A DNA stretch of 63,640 bases, filler included, from Licmophora abbreviata (lineage: Eukaryota): assembly GCA_900291995.1 (NCBI GenBank). It is 31 parts of 31 records of this genome, joined end to end, with 100 filler letters (N's around TTAATTAATTAA, not from the genome) between each part and the next. Parts side by side here need not be neighbours in the genome. Positions count along the whole stretch, not along the records: positions 12,160 to 13,915 come from OLMU01005827.1; positions 14,016 to 15,514 come from OLMU01005829.1; positions 15,615 to 16,990 come from OLMU01005833.1; positions 17,091 to 25,189 come from OLMU01005834.1; 27 more parts are not named here. One strand, 5' to 3'. Under the pieces are notes generated by a model, which was given only the letters and a program-made list of their open reading frames with translations, was not told where the DNA came from and did no database searches. Both the position numbers and the translations under genes were made by a program. The first letter of the stretch is position 1. Each line of letters opens with the position of its first letter. Shown in pieces: positions 12,160-25,289 of this stretch.

Positions 12160-13268
12160 ACTAGCCTTGGGCATTTCCAAGTCAACGCCCCGCAACAAGG
12201 CGCCGACAGAATTTTTGACGAGCTCAATCTCAGGCTGCTGGAGTTTCGGGATGCGCGCCAGCGCCAGAGCCGAGTTCTCGGCCAAGTGAACCTCGGAAGC
12301 CGTGCGTGGGATCACCGATATGCCGCTCTGAATGAGCCACGCCAGGACTAGCTGGTAAACAGTAATCTCCACTCCATCGTCCCTGACCGACATGAATGTG
12401 TTCGCTAGAACCTGTAGAGCCGAATGAGCATTGGGCGCTTCGTCGACGTTGCGGAACACTCCATTCACGTTGTAGACCTGAAACTTCACTCCAGATTCGT
12501 AGAATAGCTTGATGAGTGGGGATCATAGACCAAACTCCAGAGGTTCAGCTGGACGAGCATTGGAGAAAACATGGCACTACCCATGAGCGCCTTGGCATCG
12601 TCGATCTCAAAGTTGGAAACTCCAATGCTTGCAACGGGGTACTCCTCACTCTTGTAGATCATCATTTCTTCCAACGCTCTCCACGAATGCTTCCATGCCA
12701 TATCCGGACTGAGATGAGGCGCTGGACCAGCATCCTTGACGTACTGCGGGAGTCTCTCCTCTTCACCCTGACAGTCCATCCATGCAATGTCATCGCGGCA
12801 GCGCGGCCAATGCAGCAATACATGGACACGAATCTTCACATTAGGGTTGGTCGATTTCAATGCCTCCACAGACTCCTTGACACTCAGTTTCGTCCTCTCG
12901 TACCCAAGATGGGTATACCAAACCTTGGTAATCACGTGAATTTCACCACCGTTGAGCTTCTCCAAGGCGTCTCGCACCATTTCTTCATTTTTACTGGCAT
13001 GCGCCGTATCAATCATGCGGTAGCCATGCTCGAACACTCCCTCCGTAACAATCGGATCAATAAGATCGTACGCTAGATTCCCGACGCCCATTCCTACCAA
13101 GGGAAGCTTGACGCGGTTGGTAGAAGTGCCAAGGATCGTTGCGATGTCTTCCGATGCCTGCAATGCCTCGTCATTGGCCTTGACGTAGTGTTTGTCTGCA
13201 TTATTTCCCACGGCAAGGACAATCAGCACTACCAAACTAGCGGAGGCCTTCCACATTCTCGACATCAT
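12160..13268 (-). CDS. Aldo/keto reductase family protein with signal peptide; frameshift near 12515; 3' partial
   Basis: LPLVGMG, GYRMIDTAH, ITKVWYTHLGYE, LLHWP, WRALEE, SIGVSNF, QLVLAWLIQSGISVIPRT...HLAEN. Confidence 0.85.
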
Positions 13269-14015
13269 TCAACTCGGGGAAAGGAGAACAGCTTCTGGCA
13301 GAGACCAATAAAGTGCGGCACCAGAAGAGGGTAGATGTCATTCACCGCCGTGCATTGAGATTGTGGTTTGAAGTTTGAACGGCTACATCCGGGTTTTCGT
13401 TAAATGCGGCGCTCATCTTTTTAGCATTCGGGAAAACCGACCCTACCGGTACTGTCATGAAGGCTCAATGAGCATCAGTGCATGATAGGTTAACCACTTA
13501 GCCCTAAGAGAAGTAAACGGCTACAGTCAGGTGGCGGCCCTGCCCAGGAATGCTTCCCTGGATGCATGCAGGCATGCCGGTACCAATATTTTGGGGCGTC
13601 ATCTGGTGCCGTGCGACTCCAGAAACAGGTACCGTACGACGGTCGAAAGCAGAGGTGGAGGATCTACATCGTTTGCAGGCATCGGGTGATCGAATTTGTA
13701 AAAAGGAGTTAAAAATTGCCATTTGTTTATAAAAATTGTACGCTGCAAGTCATTTCGTTCAAGCAGCAATGGCTGGGTTATTCAAAGAAACCTCTTGTTC
13801 TGCCTAGCTGTCGTCTGTTTCGGAGCAGTCCGTCGAGTTTGTACGTCCCGACACATTCTTCCATGCCGCAACCAAGTCCATATCCACATACTCGGGACGA
13901 CAACAGGATCCAGATNNNNNNNNNNNNNNNNNNNNNNNNNNNNNNNNNNNNNNNNNNNNTTAATTAATTAANNNNNNNNNNNNNNNNNNNNNNNNNNNNN
14001 NNNNNNNNNNNNNNN

Positions 14016-14395
14016 GCTTCTGACATGCCGGTATAATGATATCGAATCAGTCCAAGTTCTTCTTCCGATGCCTCAGGGAATGAATAGGATGGTGCGTGGA
14101 GGAGACTTCGTATTCTGACGGGACTCGCCGTTGCCGGTGCCTGTGCAGTATTGGGACCGGGACACCCGGGGACGCTCGGCACACCATCTGACTCTTCGCC
14201 GCTGGCAGGGTCCTCCTCCAGGAACCGTCCCGATGGTGCAGTATACGCAGACGATGCGACCGTAGTCGTGGATAGCGTGTTCTTGCTATTGTAAGCCCGA
14301 AATCGCTTTGAAGTGGGTTGCTCTGACTTGAGAGGGTGGCTGTCATGCGGTTGTATCGAAAACGAATCGGCTGTAACGGTTTGACAGTTCCCCAT
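14016..14395 (-). CDS. N-terminal fragment of a probably acylated (MGNC) protein
   Basis: Starts MGNCQT (myristoylation/palmitoylation-type), then a Ser/Pro-rich region into the linker; catalytic domain not visible. Confidence 0.55.
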
Positions 14396-15033
14396 GGTTT
14401 CAATCGTTATTCAGACAGATAGGATAGACTATAGGGCCCTTCGAGAGTCAACGGCAGCGGCAAAACAGTCTTAAAACGGCAATGAGAACCGCTGCTGATG
14501 CCATTTTGCCGATGCCAGTGCACTCCTATCAGGCATACGTGTGCGACACGTGAGTTCTGCGCTGGTACAGTTGGTGGCTGTGCACCTGTTGATCTTTCCA
14601 CGGATTCCTGCTTGGGAACACTCCAGAACCATGAGGAAAAGAATCAATAAGTATTAATTGTCCTATACGACACAAAAAGCCATTCTACTGTGCTGATATA
14701 CTTAACTATTTACGAAATTCAGTCATCCTGCATAGAGAGGCGACCAAAAGTTGTGAACATTGCACGAGGGTGACGCCCCACCGCTCAGCTCTGATCACGA
14801 GGTTTCGCTCGAAACTCTGCGGCAATACACCGGAATGTTATGTGACTAGATCAACTCTGGTCTATAGAGCAGAGCTCTTACGCCGTTCTACATACTCTCC
14901 CTGGTAGAATGACTCGCTCCTACTGGTACAATGTACCTATCACCCAACTGAAGCCTTGCCTCACACCACTTCTAGCTATTGTCAATCTAGGAGGTCTAGT
15001 ACTCGTACAGCAGTCGCGTTGCATTATTAATTA

Positions 15034-15514
15034 TTACAACATAACATACTCATCTTCGTCACTCACGTGGCCTTCGTCATCCATAGCAAACGAGTCCGCA
15101 ATGCCCTCCCCCAACATTTCATTCATGACGGAAGACACATTGGCTGAGTAGTCGGGTACGGCATCCGCAATCGTAAAAAGGTCCGGATGGTGATTTTCTT
15201 TCTGAAACTGCGATAATGATTCGCACAAGTCGTTGAATTCACTTTGATCGCGACAGTAAAATCCAAGCGCCAAACTTGGGTCCATGCGATTGAGATTGAT
15301 AGCGTCAGGGTAACTGGTATGGACCGATCGGAGATAGTCTTCTGATAAGACCACTGCCTTCCTTGTCTTGCCGTTGTTCACACCAGCCACCAACTTTCGC
15401 TGTGGGGATGTTTGAATGGTATGAGGATCCAATCCATAAAGCCTCATTCCATTCGAATCAGCTCCATAAAACCATCGAGCGCCGCGAGGTCGTCCTCCCA
15501 ACACACCCACCGAC
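15034..15514 (-). CDS. ATG4: Autophagy cysteine protease ATG4 (peptidase C54), C-terminal part
   Basis: GVLGGRPRGARWFYG, GLDPH (catalytic Asp/His), MDPSLALGFYCRD, C-terminal acidic LIR-like DEDEYVML. Confidence 0.92.
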
Positions 15515-15614
15515 NNNNNNNNNNNNNNNNNNNNNNNNNNNNNNNNNNNNNNNNNNNNTTAATTAATTAANNNNNNNNNNNNNNNNNNNNNNNNNNNNNN
15601 NNNNNNNNNNNNNN

Positions 15615-17984
15615 AGCTCTACAAGGTCCCGTGGCTACTAAAGCGAACGAAGAAACCAATTTCGGAGAGATATCTTCGGTGCCATGGCTTGATGCCATGA
15701 CAAAAGAGCGTTGTCATGAGATACTTGAACATGCTCGAAAGGAAGAGGAGAACAGCGCTGCCATCTTGTTCGAAGACGAAGACACTCCGGCGTTTCTAAT
15801 CATTGAGCTTCCTGACTTTGAAATTCCTATCCTTCACGAAGAAACTCGGTATCCGCCTCAATCTGGTGCGTCGGGGTCAGTTACAGCACTCGATCTCGCT
15901 TTACGGCGTCAGAAAGACAAAGGAGAGAGCAAGACGAACACCAATGAATTCGATTTACTCCGGATGGTTCCATTTTTGGATTACGAGGATGATCTTGACA
16001 ATCCAGTTGAAGACAAGTATCGCACTTTGGCGCATGACTTGCTTCGTGGACTTGTGGATCCGGCATTGAAACCAGATAGAGAGCAGCGCGATCGGCTGGC
16101 CACGATCATTGCTTCGCCCTCACAACATCCTACGCGTGAAGACCGAGACTTGCTGTGGCGATTTCGCTTCAGCTTGGTGGACAATCGGAGGGCACTTACT
16201 AAATTTTTACTGGCAGTCGACTGGACGGTCGAGAGTGAGGTGGTACAAGCGGCAGAGCTGCTAGAACAGTGGAGACGGCGAAGCCCCATTGAAGTAACGG
16301 ACGCATTGAAACTGTTAGGAAAGCATGTGGCCTTTCAGACCAGTCTTGTACGAGACTATGCCATTGATACCCTTGCAGCTGCACCAGACGCGGAGTTGCG
16401 CCTCTACCTTTTACAGTTGGTTCAAGCCATCAAGTACGAGACCGCCGGGGATCACCTCACCTCTGGCGTTGGCAGCACGGACACGGACACGCATGGCGTG
16501 TCGTCTCTCTCGAGCTTTCTGATTGGGCGTGCTGCCAAGAATATTGAGCTATCCAACTATCTGTATTGGTACTTGAAGGTCGAACTGCACGATCCTGCAA
16601 ATGGGGCCAGATATCGTGCTGTACTGGCTGCGCTCAAGGATCGCCTATCCCGCACGCCATTTTCCGATCTCATTGCCGGCTCCTCCGATGGGGGTAGAAT
16701 CTCGGACACGTCTTCACAAACGAAAGAGACCAAGGCCACATTCATGTCGATTGTCGATTCCGTTTCGAAACTCGGATCTTCGTTGCGACACGGTGAACCT
16801 CATACAGATAATGGAGACTCACCCAGAAGGTCGTGGAGGCGGGAGACTTCTCTCTGGGACGTCTTGTTAGCACAGGATCGGTTCATTTCGGGGATTATGA
16901 ACATTCAAATGAAGAGTCGTGAAGCGAGAGGTAAGAAAGACGCGAAAGAAGTACACCTCAAGGAGCTTCTCAGTGCCGAAGGCTACGATCNNNNNNNNNN
17001 NNNNNNNNNNNNNNNNNNNNNNNNNNNNNNNNNNTTAATTAATTAANNNNNNNNNNNNNNNNNNNNNNNNNNNNNNNNNNNNNNNNNNNNGGCCTTGTAT
17101 CAGCATTGATCGAGTTTCATGTGGACTCGTCTATCCATCATGACGAGTTCGCTGACGACGACGGGTCAACTCACCCGGAGGTGCCACAGACAACGTACAA
17201 GGTGATCGTCAAGACTGGAGACGACTTGCGACAGGATCAGCTTGTGATTATGATGATACAGCTGATGGATGGTCTCCTGAAGCGAGCTACCCTTGACATG
17301 TGCCTGCGGCCATACTCGATCATTTCCATGTCCCCTTCTTCGGGACTTGTTGAGTTTGTGGACGGATCTATTCCTATTTCTCAAGTCCTGGCAAACTACA
17401 ACGGCTCGATTCTACATTTTTTCCGAGCCTGTTCTCCGCAGAAAGGAACCAAATGTGACGTCCGCCAGGACGTGATTACTACTTACATCCGAAGTTGCGC
17501 TGGCTACTGTGTCATTACGTATATTCTCGGCGTTGGAGATCGTCATCTGGACAACATAATGCTCCAGCCAACAGGCCACTTCTTCCACATTGACTTTGGC
17601 TTCATCTTTGGCCGAGACCCCAAGCCACTACCACCGGCCTTCCGACTGACGAGAGAAATGGTGGAAGGGATGGGAGGTGTCGATTCGACCGAGTACCGAC
17701 AATTCTGCTCACTCGCTTGTCAAGCCTTCAACACGTTGAGAAAAAGCGCTGGCCTGATTCTCAATCTGTTGCACCTCATGAGTGACGCTGGCATTGAAGA
17801 TCTCTCAAACAACCCGACATCCGACGCGGAAGGCGTCATTTCGAGAGTTGAGGAGCGTTTCCGCCTGGAATTAACGGACGAGCAAGCGGAGGCCTTCTTT
17901 CTGGGTCTTATCAACGACTCGTTAGCAGCGCTGGCTCCTCGGGTTATGGACGTCTTTCACTCACTTGCTGTTGCAAGGCGCTAG
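15615..17984 (+). CDS. VPS34: Class III phosphatidylinositol 3-kinase VPS34 (5' partial, interrupted by linker 16991-17090)
   Basis: NPVEDKYRTL, DLLWRFRFSL, LYLLQLVQAIKYE, KTGDDLRQDQL, SCAGYCVITYILGVGDRHLDN, HIDFGFIFGRDPKP. Confidence 0.96.
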
Positions 17985-18406
17985 TTTTAGAGTAGCTTCT
18001 TTGCAGAGGGTCCTGTCTTTTCTCTACTTCAAATTAGTAGAATACCGGTAGCTAGATTAGCTGTGTATCGGGCCCGTGGACATGAACAATATTTGGTACC
18101 GGCGAACTATAGTTACAGTCAGTCCGATCGTGTTTGATGCTCGAACGTCCTTGATGTTTCGATTTTCCATTCACGACTGACAAGGTCATGGGTTAATCCC
18201 TTCCGACTTCTGACGACCACCCATACTCAAATCCGACTTTCACAAAAAATGCACGTCTGGCGCCAAAATCTGTACCTCAACATCATGATGGTGTCACAAA
18301 ATCTTGAGACCTTTCTTCAGCTTGCCCTTGCCTCCAAAAGCACCACGATTGCGACTTTTTGAACCACCAAACCCTTCCCCCGAGAGTTCTTGCGTCCATC
18401 ACGACA

Positions 18407-19984
18407 ATGAGCACCGACCCTGCACTTGCGGTGACAGAACGAACCCGCCGAAGACCTTCCTCGCATCACAAGAGTCCACCAAAGGATTTTGCCGCGTCTG
18501 TCGCTTGGGTGCTCGATGATCTTCGAAAGGACTCAACGTTTTTCCACCTGAATCCTCCACGAGCGCTTCCGCACTTTCAGCCTTCCGAAGTCAAGATCGG
18601 AACGTATCTAGGCGAGGGGGAATTTGGACTTGTCAAGGAAATTACGGCATTTGATATCGAAGACAAGTGCACCTGTTCGAAATGTACTGGTGAGACTCCG
18701 GAGAAAGCCAAACCCACCGAGCCACCAGCTCAGATAGTATTTGAAGGGCCACTCCCGACTGCTACTGGACACAAAAGACTTGATTCCGTGGGAAGTAGAG
18801 TCAGTTTTGCCATGGACGCCATGACGATTGGCGACGACGACGACGACTGGCTGATCGGGGAGGACGGTGAGGTTAGCCCGGACGTCAAGTCCGATCGAGG
18901 GTATATGGCGGAACACTTTATGCGAGATGGTAGGGCGAGGTATGCCGTTAAACATTTGAAGGATGATATTCCGAGAAAGATGATGCTCGATGCTGCCATA
19001 GACCTCGCATCGGAAGCCAAGTTTTTGGCATGCCTCGGCCACCCGAATATCCTGAAACTGAGAGGAACTGTAAGCGAACCGGGACAACCCAACTTTTGTC
19101 TGATCTTAGATCGTCTTCATTCCACTCTTGTCGAAAATTTGAAAGCTTGGAAAAAGTCTGAGAAGCGATTCCGTGGATTTATGGGACGAATTGGCTCCCA
19201 CAAGGCAGAACTGGAACAGCTGCGTAGCGAGCGACTTGTGGCACTCTTTGATATAGCCCGAGCTATCAAGTATCTGCATGAGCACAAGTGAGTGTTGATC
19301 TACTGTTTGAAAACATGTTCGTTCATTTGACGCTTGTGGGTATGTTTCTTTCGCACCATACGTCTTACCCAATCTGTTGGACCTCATTGCGTTGCTTGTC
19401 GACGCAGAATCATTTATCGTGATCTGAAACCCGAGAATGTGGGCTTCGACGTCCGAGGAGATGCCAAGATATTCGACCTTGGTCTTGCAAAGGAATTGCT
19501 CCCTCGAGATCTGGTGACACCCCCTGATTCTTATCAGGCAACCGGCATTACGGGTTCGCGACGTTACATGGCTCCGGAGGTTATCATGTGCAAAGATTAT
19601 GGCCTGAGCGCAGATGTATTTGGTTACGGAGTCCTGTTTTGGGAAGTTATGGCGTTGAAGACGCCGTATGCAAACTTTGACTCAGACAGACACTTTACGG
19701 AAGTTGTGGTAAAGGAGCATCGCCCTAAAGGTATTCCGTGGCTGAGCAGAGAGGTCCACTCTATGATGGAGGAGTGCTGGAGACCAAACCCAGAAGATAG
19801 GCCTGCGTTTGTGCGAATCTGCGAGATGTTACGAGCTCACCTGAGTGCTCTGGAATATGGCTTCAGCCGTGGGGCTTTGAACAACCGATCGGCTCATCTA
19901 TTGGATATATCTTGGACTTCAAGGTACGGTGGATATCGTTCCAATCCCAGGGACCGAAGTAGCTCCAACAGCTCAGTGAGTTAG
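18407..19984 (+). CDS. Ser/Thr (TKL-like) protein kinase; intron 19288-19407
   Basis: LGEGEFGLV, YAVK, HPNILKLRG, IIYRDLKPEN, DLGLAKEL, GSRRYMAPE, DVFGYG, CWRPNPEDRP. Confidence 0.92.
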
Positions 19985-20113
19985 GCACATGTATCGGAGA
20001 TCAGTCAGTTATCAACTGACGTGTTAGAGTGTTTTAGAATAGAAACGTGTCAATAAACGAGGATTCTACAGTACTGCGTGGTTGAGGCATTTCAAATGTC
20101 CCACCTCCCACAT

Positions 20114-20884
20114 TCATTTACTGCTAGAGTCTCCATAGGTGAGCAGCTGGCTAAGGATAAGGCCAAGAAAAGAAGTGTACATGACTCCCGCGCTCCCATC
20201 CAAAAAATACTCGAAGAAGCGCTCGCCGCATCCCAGGACTCGCCGGCGACATTCTGGGTCTTTGTGGCGGACAAGCCAGGAAGCGTCGTTGCCAGTCTCT
20301 TCCTCTTCCTTGATCAAGTCTCCTAGCTCTGCGTCATCGATGCCTTCTAGACCTCCGCGTTTCAGTACCATCATGGATTGTCGTCGTATATTCTCCATGC
20401 CTTGTTGAAGCTCTTCTTCATTCTCCTTGTGCTTGTTTCTCGAACCAATCAAATGAAAAGAACAAAGTACCGCGATGAGTGTTGTCTCCAGAAGCTCGTA
20501 GATTGTTTCTTTCGTAAAATGGAAGGCAAGAAAGAAGACCACTGTCAAACTCTCTCCCGAAACCGAAAGCCATTTTGAGTGCGTAAAACAGTGAATCAAG
20601 ATCATGTCCAGAAAGACAATGATGGCGTGAATCAGGTAAGCAGGAGGCGACGAATCCAGGTAAAGGCGAACTGTTAGGACGATACCCGAGCTCATACATC
20701 CTAGAATCGTAGTCTTCCAGCGGTCTCGGCACCACTTCGAGCATGGCAGCCTCCACTTCCATTGTCTATCGTCATCCCGGTCTTCCGCAACGACGCTTCT
20801 TCGAGTCGAGGATGTTTCCGAGATGTTGTCCTCTAGATCGAGCTCAACTGATTTCGATACTTCAGAGATGGCTTGGGGAGGCAT
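20114..20884 (-). CDS. Hypothetical multi-pass membrane protein
   Basis: Long ORF with about five hydrophobic segments; likely start MPPQ. Confidence 0.65.
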   Translation of the reverse strand: MPPQAISEVSKSVELDLEDNISETSSTRRSVVAEDRDDDRQWKWRLPCSKWCRDRWKTTILGCMSSGIVLTVRLYLDSSPPAYLIHAIIVFLDMILIHCFTHSKWLSVSGESLTVVFFLAFHFTKETIYELLETTLIAVLCSFHLIGSRNKHKENEEELQQGMENIRRQSMMVLKRGGLEGIDDAELGDLIKEEEETGNDASWLVRHKDPECRRRVLGCGERFFEYFLDGSAGVMYTSFLGLILSQLLTYGDSSSK

Positions 20885-21259
20885 GCTGCTGCTCTTTTTG
20901 GCTGAGAAGGGGACCCACAGTGATGGACTTTGAGGCGAAGCTTGAATGCTGGGACACCACCACAGTGACGAGGTCAGCGGTCGCTGGCATCGGCGACGGC
21001 TGGCAAGCATTTTCAAACTTCAACCCTTCAGTCACAGTTGTTGTAAACTTCAACAAGGGAATCAGCTCGGGACTCACGACGAATTTCGTACGCGAGTACA
21101 TTTTCTACTTCTCGAGGCTCGTAACGATTATCGCGAGGATGTGGGTTAAAAGATCTAGAGAACCTAATGATATACCGTATCTTGTTCACGTGGAAAGATC
21201 TAGCTGCTCTGCATTCGTTCCTGGTGGTAGAGTCCCCTTTCGCTCGTTGATCTGTTCCT

Positions 21260-21934
21260 TCAGAAATTGTCAGGTGTACATATTAGAATATCGTCACGGC
21301 TGTTCGTATCGATGCGCAAGTCCTCGTCAAGGTAGATTGTATCGAACCACCCCTCTCCGACCGGCGGCAACGTAAACGACGCCCATTTTCCCAAATCCAG
21401 GGTTGCAGTGTCAAACTTGAAGTTCGTGCGTACCCCATCTTGGTCTGGAATGTCGAGTGTCCCCATAACCGACAAGAAGCCCCCGCGTCGGAACTCAATG
21501 AGATTCTTCAAAACAGACCCGGTGATCTGCTGTGAGATCTCACCACTAATACCCCAATCACTGAAAAAGTTAATCTCCTTTTCGGTTGTCCACTCCAAGA
21601 TCCAGTTGTTCTGCAGTAGCCGTGAGCTGGCGGCAGCAGGGGTTGGAGACAGAGGTGCGAGCTGGTCGATGATCTCCTCAATACGTTCCCGCTGCGTCGC
21701 TCGTGATGTTTCCCTTGTGCGACACTCGATCAATAGTGCCTCTTTGAGTTCGTTCTTCAAATTCCTTCCGTCCGCTGGCGGAAACAATGAGTCAAGGAAT
21801 CCGCCAAAGGGACTAGCAGCAGGCTTGGGTGCTGCGAACGCAGCTGACCGTGGTGCTCTCCCCAAGACGAGAATCGCCACAAGGCCCATCCAAGTGGCCC
21901 CAGAAGCGCGCCCTCTCTTCTTCTGTAAGTCCAT
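21260..21934 (-). CDS. PAP/fibrillin-family plastid lipid-associated protein
   Basis: Leader ending SAA-FAAP; IEEIIDQLAPLSPT, W.LEWTTEKE, GWFDTIYLDEDLRI. Confidence 0.85.
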   Translation of the reverse strand: MDLQKKRGRASGATWMGLVAILVLGRAPRSAAFAAPKPAASPFGGFLDSLFPPADGRNLKNELKEALLIECRTRETSRATQRERIEEIIDQLAPLSPTPAAASSRLLQNNWILEWTTEKEINFFSDWGISGEISQQITGSVLKNLIEFRRGGFLSVMGTLDIPDQDGVRTNFKFDTATLDLGKWASFTLPPVGEGWFDTIYLDEDLRIDTNSRDDILICTPDNF

Positions 21935-22187
21935 CGCTCCACGGTGAGATAGTGTCGCTTAGCAATGTCGATCGCGACCGCCTTCACCGCGTCGCTTGAT
22001 GTGTGGCGAGTGGCGAAATTATTTCTAGATCATCGTTTTCGCTCCACGAGCTCCTGGTTCAGAGAGTTCGTCGCCTGATAGTCAAAGGGATGATGGCGTT
22101 TGGATTTTGGGTTCGCGATACTCATTAGTTGAAGTTCGAAAGAGGTTCTCTATGTTATCTCTGAAATATTACCGCTTCCATCCTTCT

Positions 22188-24441
22188 CTAAGCTCTATCT
22201 CCACTTTTCTTCCTACGCAGGGCGAGATAAGCCAGGTAACGCGGAGCCAGGATGATGACAAACAGCAAGCCAACGTTAAACCCAACGCTTCCTTGGATTC
22301 CCAGGAACTGAAGGACTTGGTTAGGGGTGGCGAAACCAGTATCAGATCCACTACAGATCTCCTCAAGACCCCCACTTCCATCGCATGGGACATTCTCATC
22401 GAAAACCAGTTGGAGGGACCCGTCGTAAGCGTACTTGAAGGGCGAGAGATATTTGGCCCATTCCACAAACGACGGAACGTTGTCCACGAAAAATCCCCCC
22501 AATAGCATGAGAGCCAAGGCAGCAACGGTCATTATGGTCAAAGCTCGTTCAAGATCGTACACGGAAGCGCCAATGAGCAATCCTAACGACTCGCCGGCAA
22601 GCACACTCATGAGAGTGATGCCCGTACTTCCCACGAAGACGCCGAAGCTCGAGTTCATTCCGCCCATCCAGAACGAGATACACATGTAGATGAACGGCAA
22701 TACCAACCGTGTCGGCGCCTCACTAATGGTTTTTGCCATGAAGTATGCACTAAGCTTGTACGAAGCGCTGGCTCGTTCCTTGAGGATCACGTCGCGTTCT
22801 GCAGGAAACGCCATGAGGGCGTTGAACATGGAGCTACAGGACGTGCAGAGTTCGACACAGTGAGCTCTTTCCTTTTGTTCAATACATCGCCAATCACTGT
22901 CCACTTTTCAAACTTACTCGAACACCCAATACGTCATTGTGAAGAAGTAGTACGAACTACGATCAAACACAGCCGACTCGGTGTAGTCCAGCTGGAACCA
23001 GAGCACACCCGCGACGATACCAATTGCAGCCGATTTGATGAGATTCAGGGTGGTGAAAATCGCCGAACGGCTGTTTTTGAGACTGCGATGTGTCAAGACA
23101 GCAAACTGCGTTGCCCAGCTCGTATTGTACTTTTTCACATTGCTGAATGACGTTGCCTGACTGTCCGTGTCATTGACATCCGACATGGCAGAATCCATCT
23201 GTTCTGCAACGGCCTCACCATCCCAAGCGGCAATCAAACGCGCGCGAGGGGACGACAAAGAAGCACCATTGATAGCACCCGTCCGCCGATGACGCAATGT
23301 ATCAGCTGGAACGTGGGTGTTAGGTTCCATCGTCGTGACCTCAGTCTTGTCCATTTCATCTTGCTCCTCTCGTTCTTCTTCCAAAGCGCTATCGACCACC
23401 AGTAGATCCATCCAGTGATCTGCCGCATTGTATCCATCTGGGCAAACGTAATTCTGCTGTCGTAAGTACAACAACGACTCCACTGGAGTTCCAAAGTACA
23501 CGACACTGCCTTCGGCGAGTAATAGCAGTCGATCAAACGATCGAAAGACCGCAGATGATGGCTGATGGATGCTCGTCACAACCGTCTTGCCATGTTCTCT
23601 GGCTAGACTTGCAGAGTTCGCAGCAACGCCACGGCCGAAGTGCTATCCAAACCACTCGTAGGCTCATCCAACAACAAGACAATGGGATCCGTCAGCAACT
23701 CTGTACAAATGTTGACCCTCTTCTTTTCTCCTCCGCTCAGCATCATAATCGGAGAATCGGCGACCTTGGTCAGCCTCAACAGCCTGATCAGACGATTCAC
23801 TTCCGCATGCTTTTCACTCTTGGGAAGCGATGAAGGCAGTCGCAACAGTGCTGTGTAGGTCAATTGATCCCTCACGGTCAAGTGCCCGAAGAAGATGTCT
23901 GACTGCTTGACGTAGGCAATCTTACTCATGAGCCTTTTCATGCTGTGCGACGTGACCTCCTCTCCATTGATGGAAATCATTCCCGAAGCATAGACACTGC
24001 GGCCTGACAAGACGTTGAGTAAAGTTGTTTTCCCACTGCCTACAATTAGAACAACACACGATGACAACCATGTATGTGAGATTTCGATTTCGAAACAGTT
24101 CATGCTCACAGAGCATAAAAGTGCATTTCAAAAGACTACAACGTACCCGAAGGCCCCATCAACGCGCACACCTCTCCTGGTTTCGCGTATCCCGAGATCT
24201 GATTCAAGATACACTTGAGGACAGGTCCATTCTTCTTCTTTGTACTTCCATCCGATGAAGTCGCGATGCTGCTACGCAGCAGTCCTGACGTGGCCTCGCG
24301 GACTTCGACTGACTTTTCCAAACGACTCCAGCGAACGTGAAAGCCCGAGGAAGATATTTTTTGCTGCGATACCTCCGCCATTTCGCCCCCATGAGAGATT
24401 TCCAAGTTCATGGTTTCTGCTATTGATGTTTCTGGTGGCAT
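22188..24441 (-). CDS. ABCG (white-type) half transporter; introns ~22834-22916 and ~24040-24144; 1-nt frameshift near 23608
   Basis: ALMGPSG/SGKTTLLN Walker A, LSGGEKKRVNI, LLLDEPTSGLDS, SIHQPSS, followed by an ABC-2 type TM domain. Confidence 0.92.
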
Positions 24442-24835
24442 GCTCTGGTGCTTCAAGTCTTTTTGCTGATGACGAGACTGATAATGGCAGTCTTACTTTT
24501 TGTGAGATCGATTGTGTGTGATTTTTGTCAGTCTTGCGCCTTTCCCTCCGAAACGTGTTCGCCACGTCGGCGGGAACTCTCAGGAATCTGTCACTATCCA
24601 GCGTTTTTGAATAGAACCATGTCTAAACAATATATTGCATATTTTCAAGTCAAACGCTTAAAATTGAGGTATCGAGCTCCGAGCTCCTTTAACCATTACA
24701 CAACTCATTGGAGCTCGTCGTTTCGAACACGATGAGAAAAAAGACAGTGCGGACTGTTACACACATACCATCAACGGCCGGCATCGTCTGCATACACTTT
24801 CTACTAGTCGATTCGTACTCATTCTGGCTTACATA

Positions 24836-25189
24836 ATGACACAGGAGACCTTTAGCAAGTGCAAGCTCTTTGGAGGAGCCATGACCTGTGAGATTCCATC
24901 CGCGTGGCGCGACGTGAGCGACCAGCGGCAAGTGCCCAGTCACCAGGAGGTGTTTCAAGAGATAAGTGTAGCACACAGCAGCATGAATGCACCAGGGCGC
25001 ATGTTGGTAGTGGAGATCTTGGAGCGAAGTCCCCAGACATCAGACGCCAAGATCGCAGAGTTTCTGTTTCAGGACTTGGCGGAGGCGAATGAAGTGCGTT
25101 GCGAAACGATCTTCCAAACTCTTGACAGCGGCTCTTCCGTGGATGTGCAGGTATGCGAAAGTACGTGTGTGGCACCGATTCATGTTGCG
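24836..25189 (+). CDS. MOG1: Ran guanine nucleotide release factor MOG1 (3' partial)
   Basis: LFGGAMTCEIP..WRDVSDQRQVPSHQEVF...LVVEILE...FQDLAEAN. Confidence 0.8.
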
Positions 25190-25289
25190 NNNNNNNNNNN
25201 NNNNNNNNNNNNNNNNNNNNNNNNNNNNNNNNNTTAATTAATTAANNNNNNNNNNNNNNNNNNNNNNNNNNNNNNNNNNNNNNNNNNNN

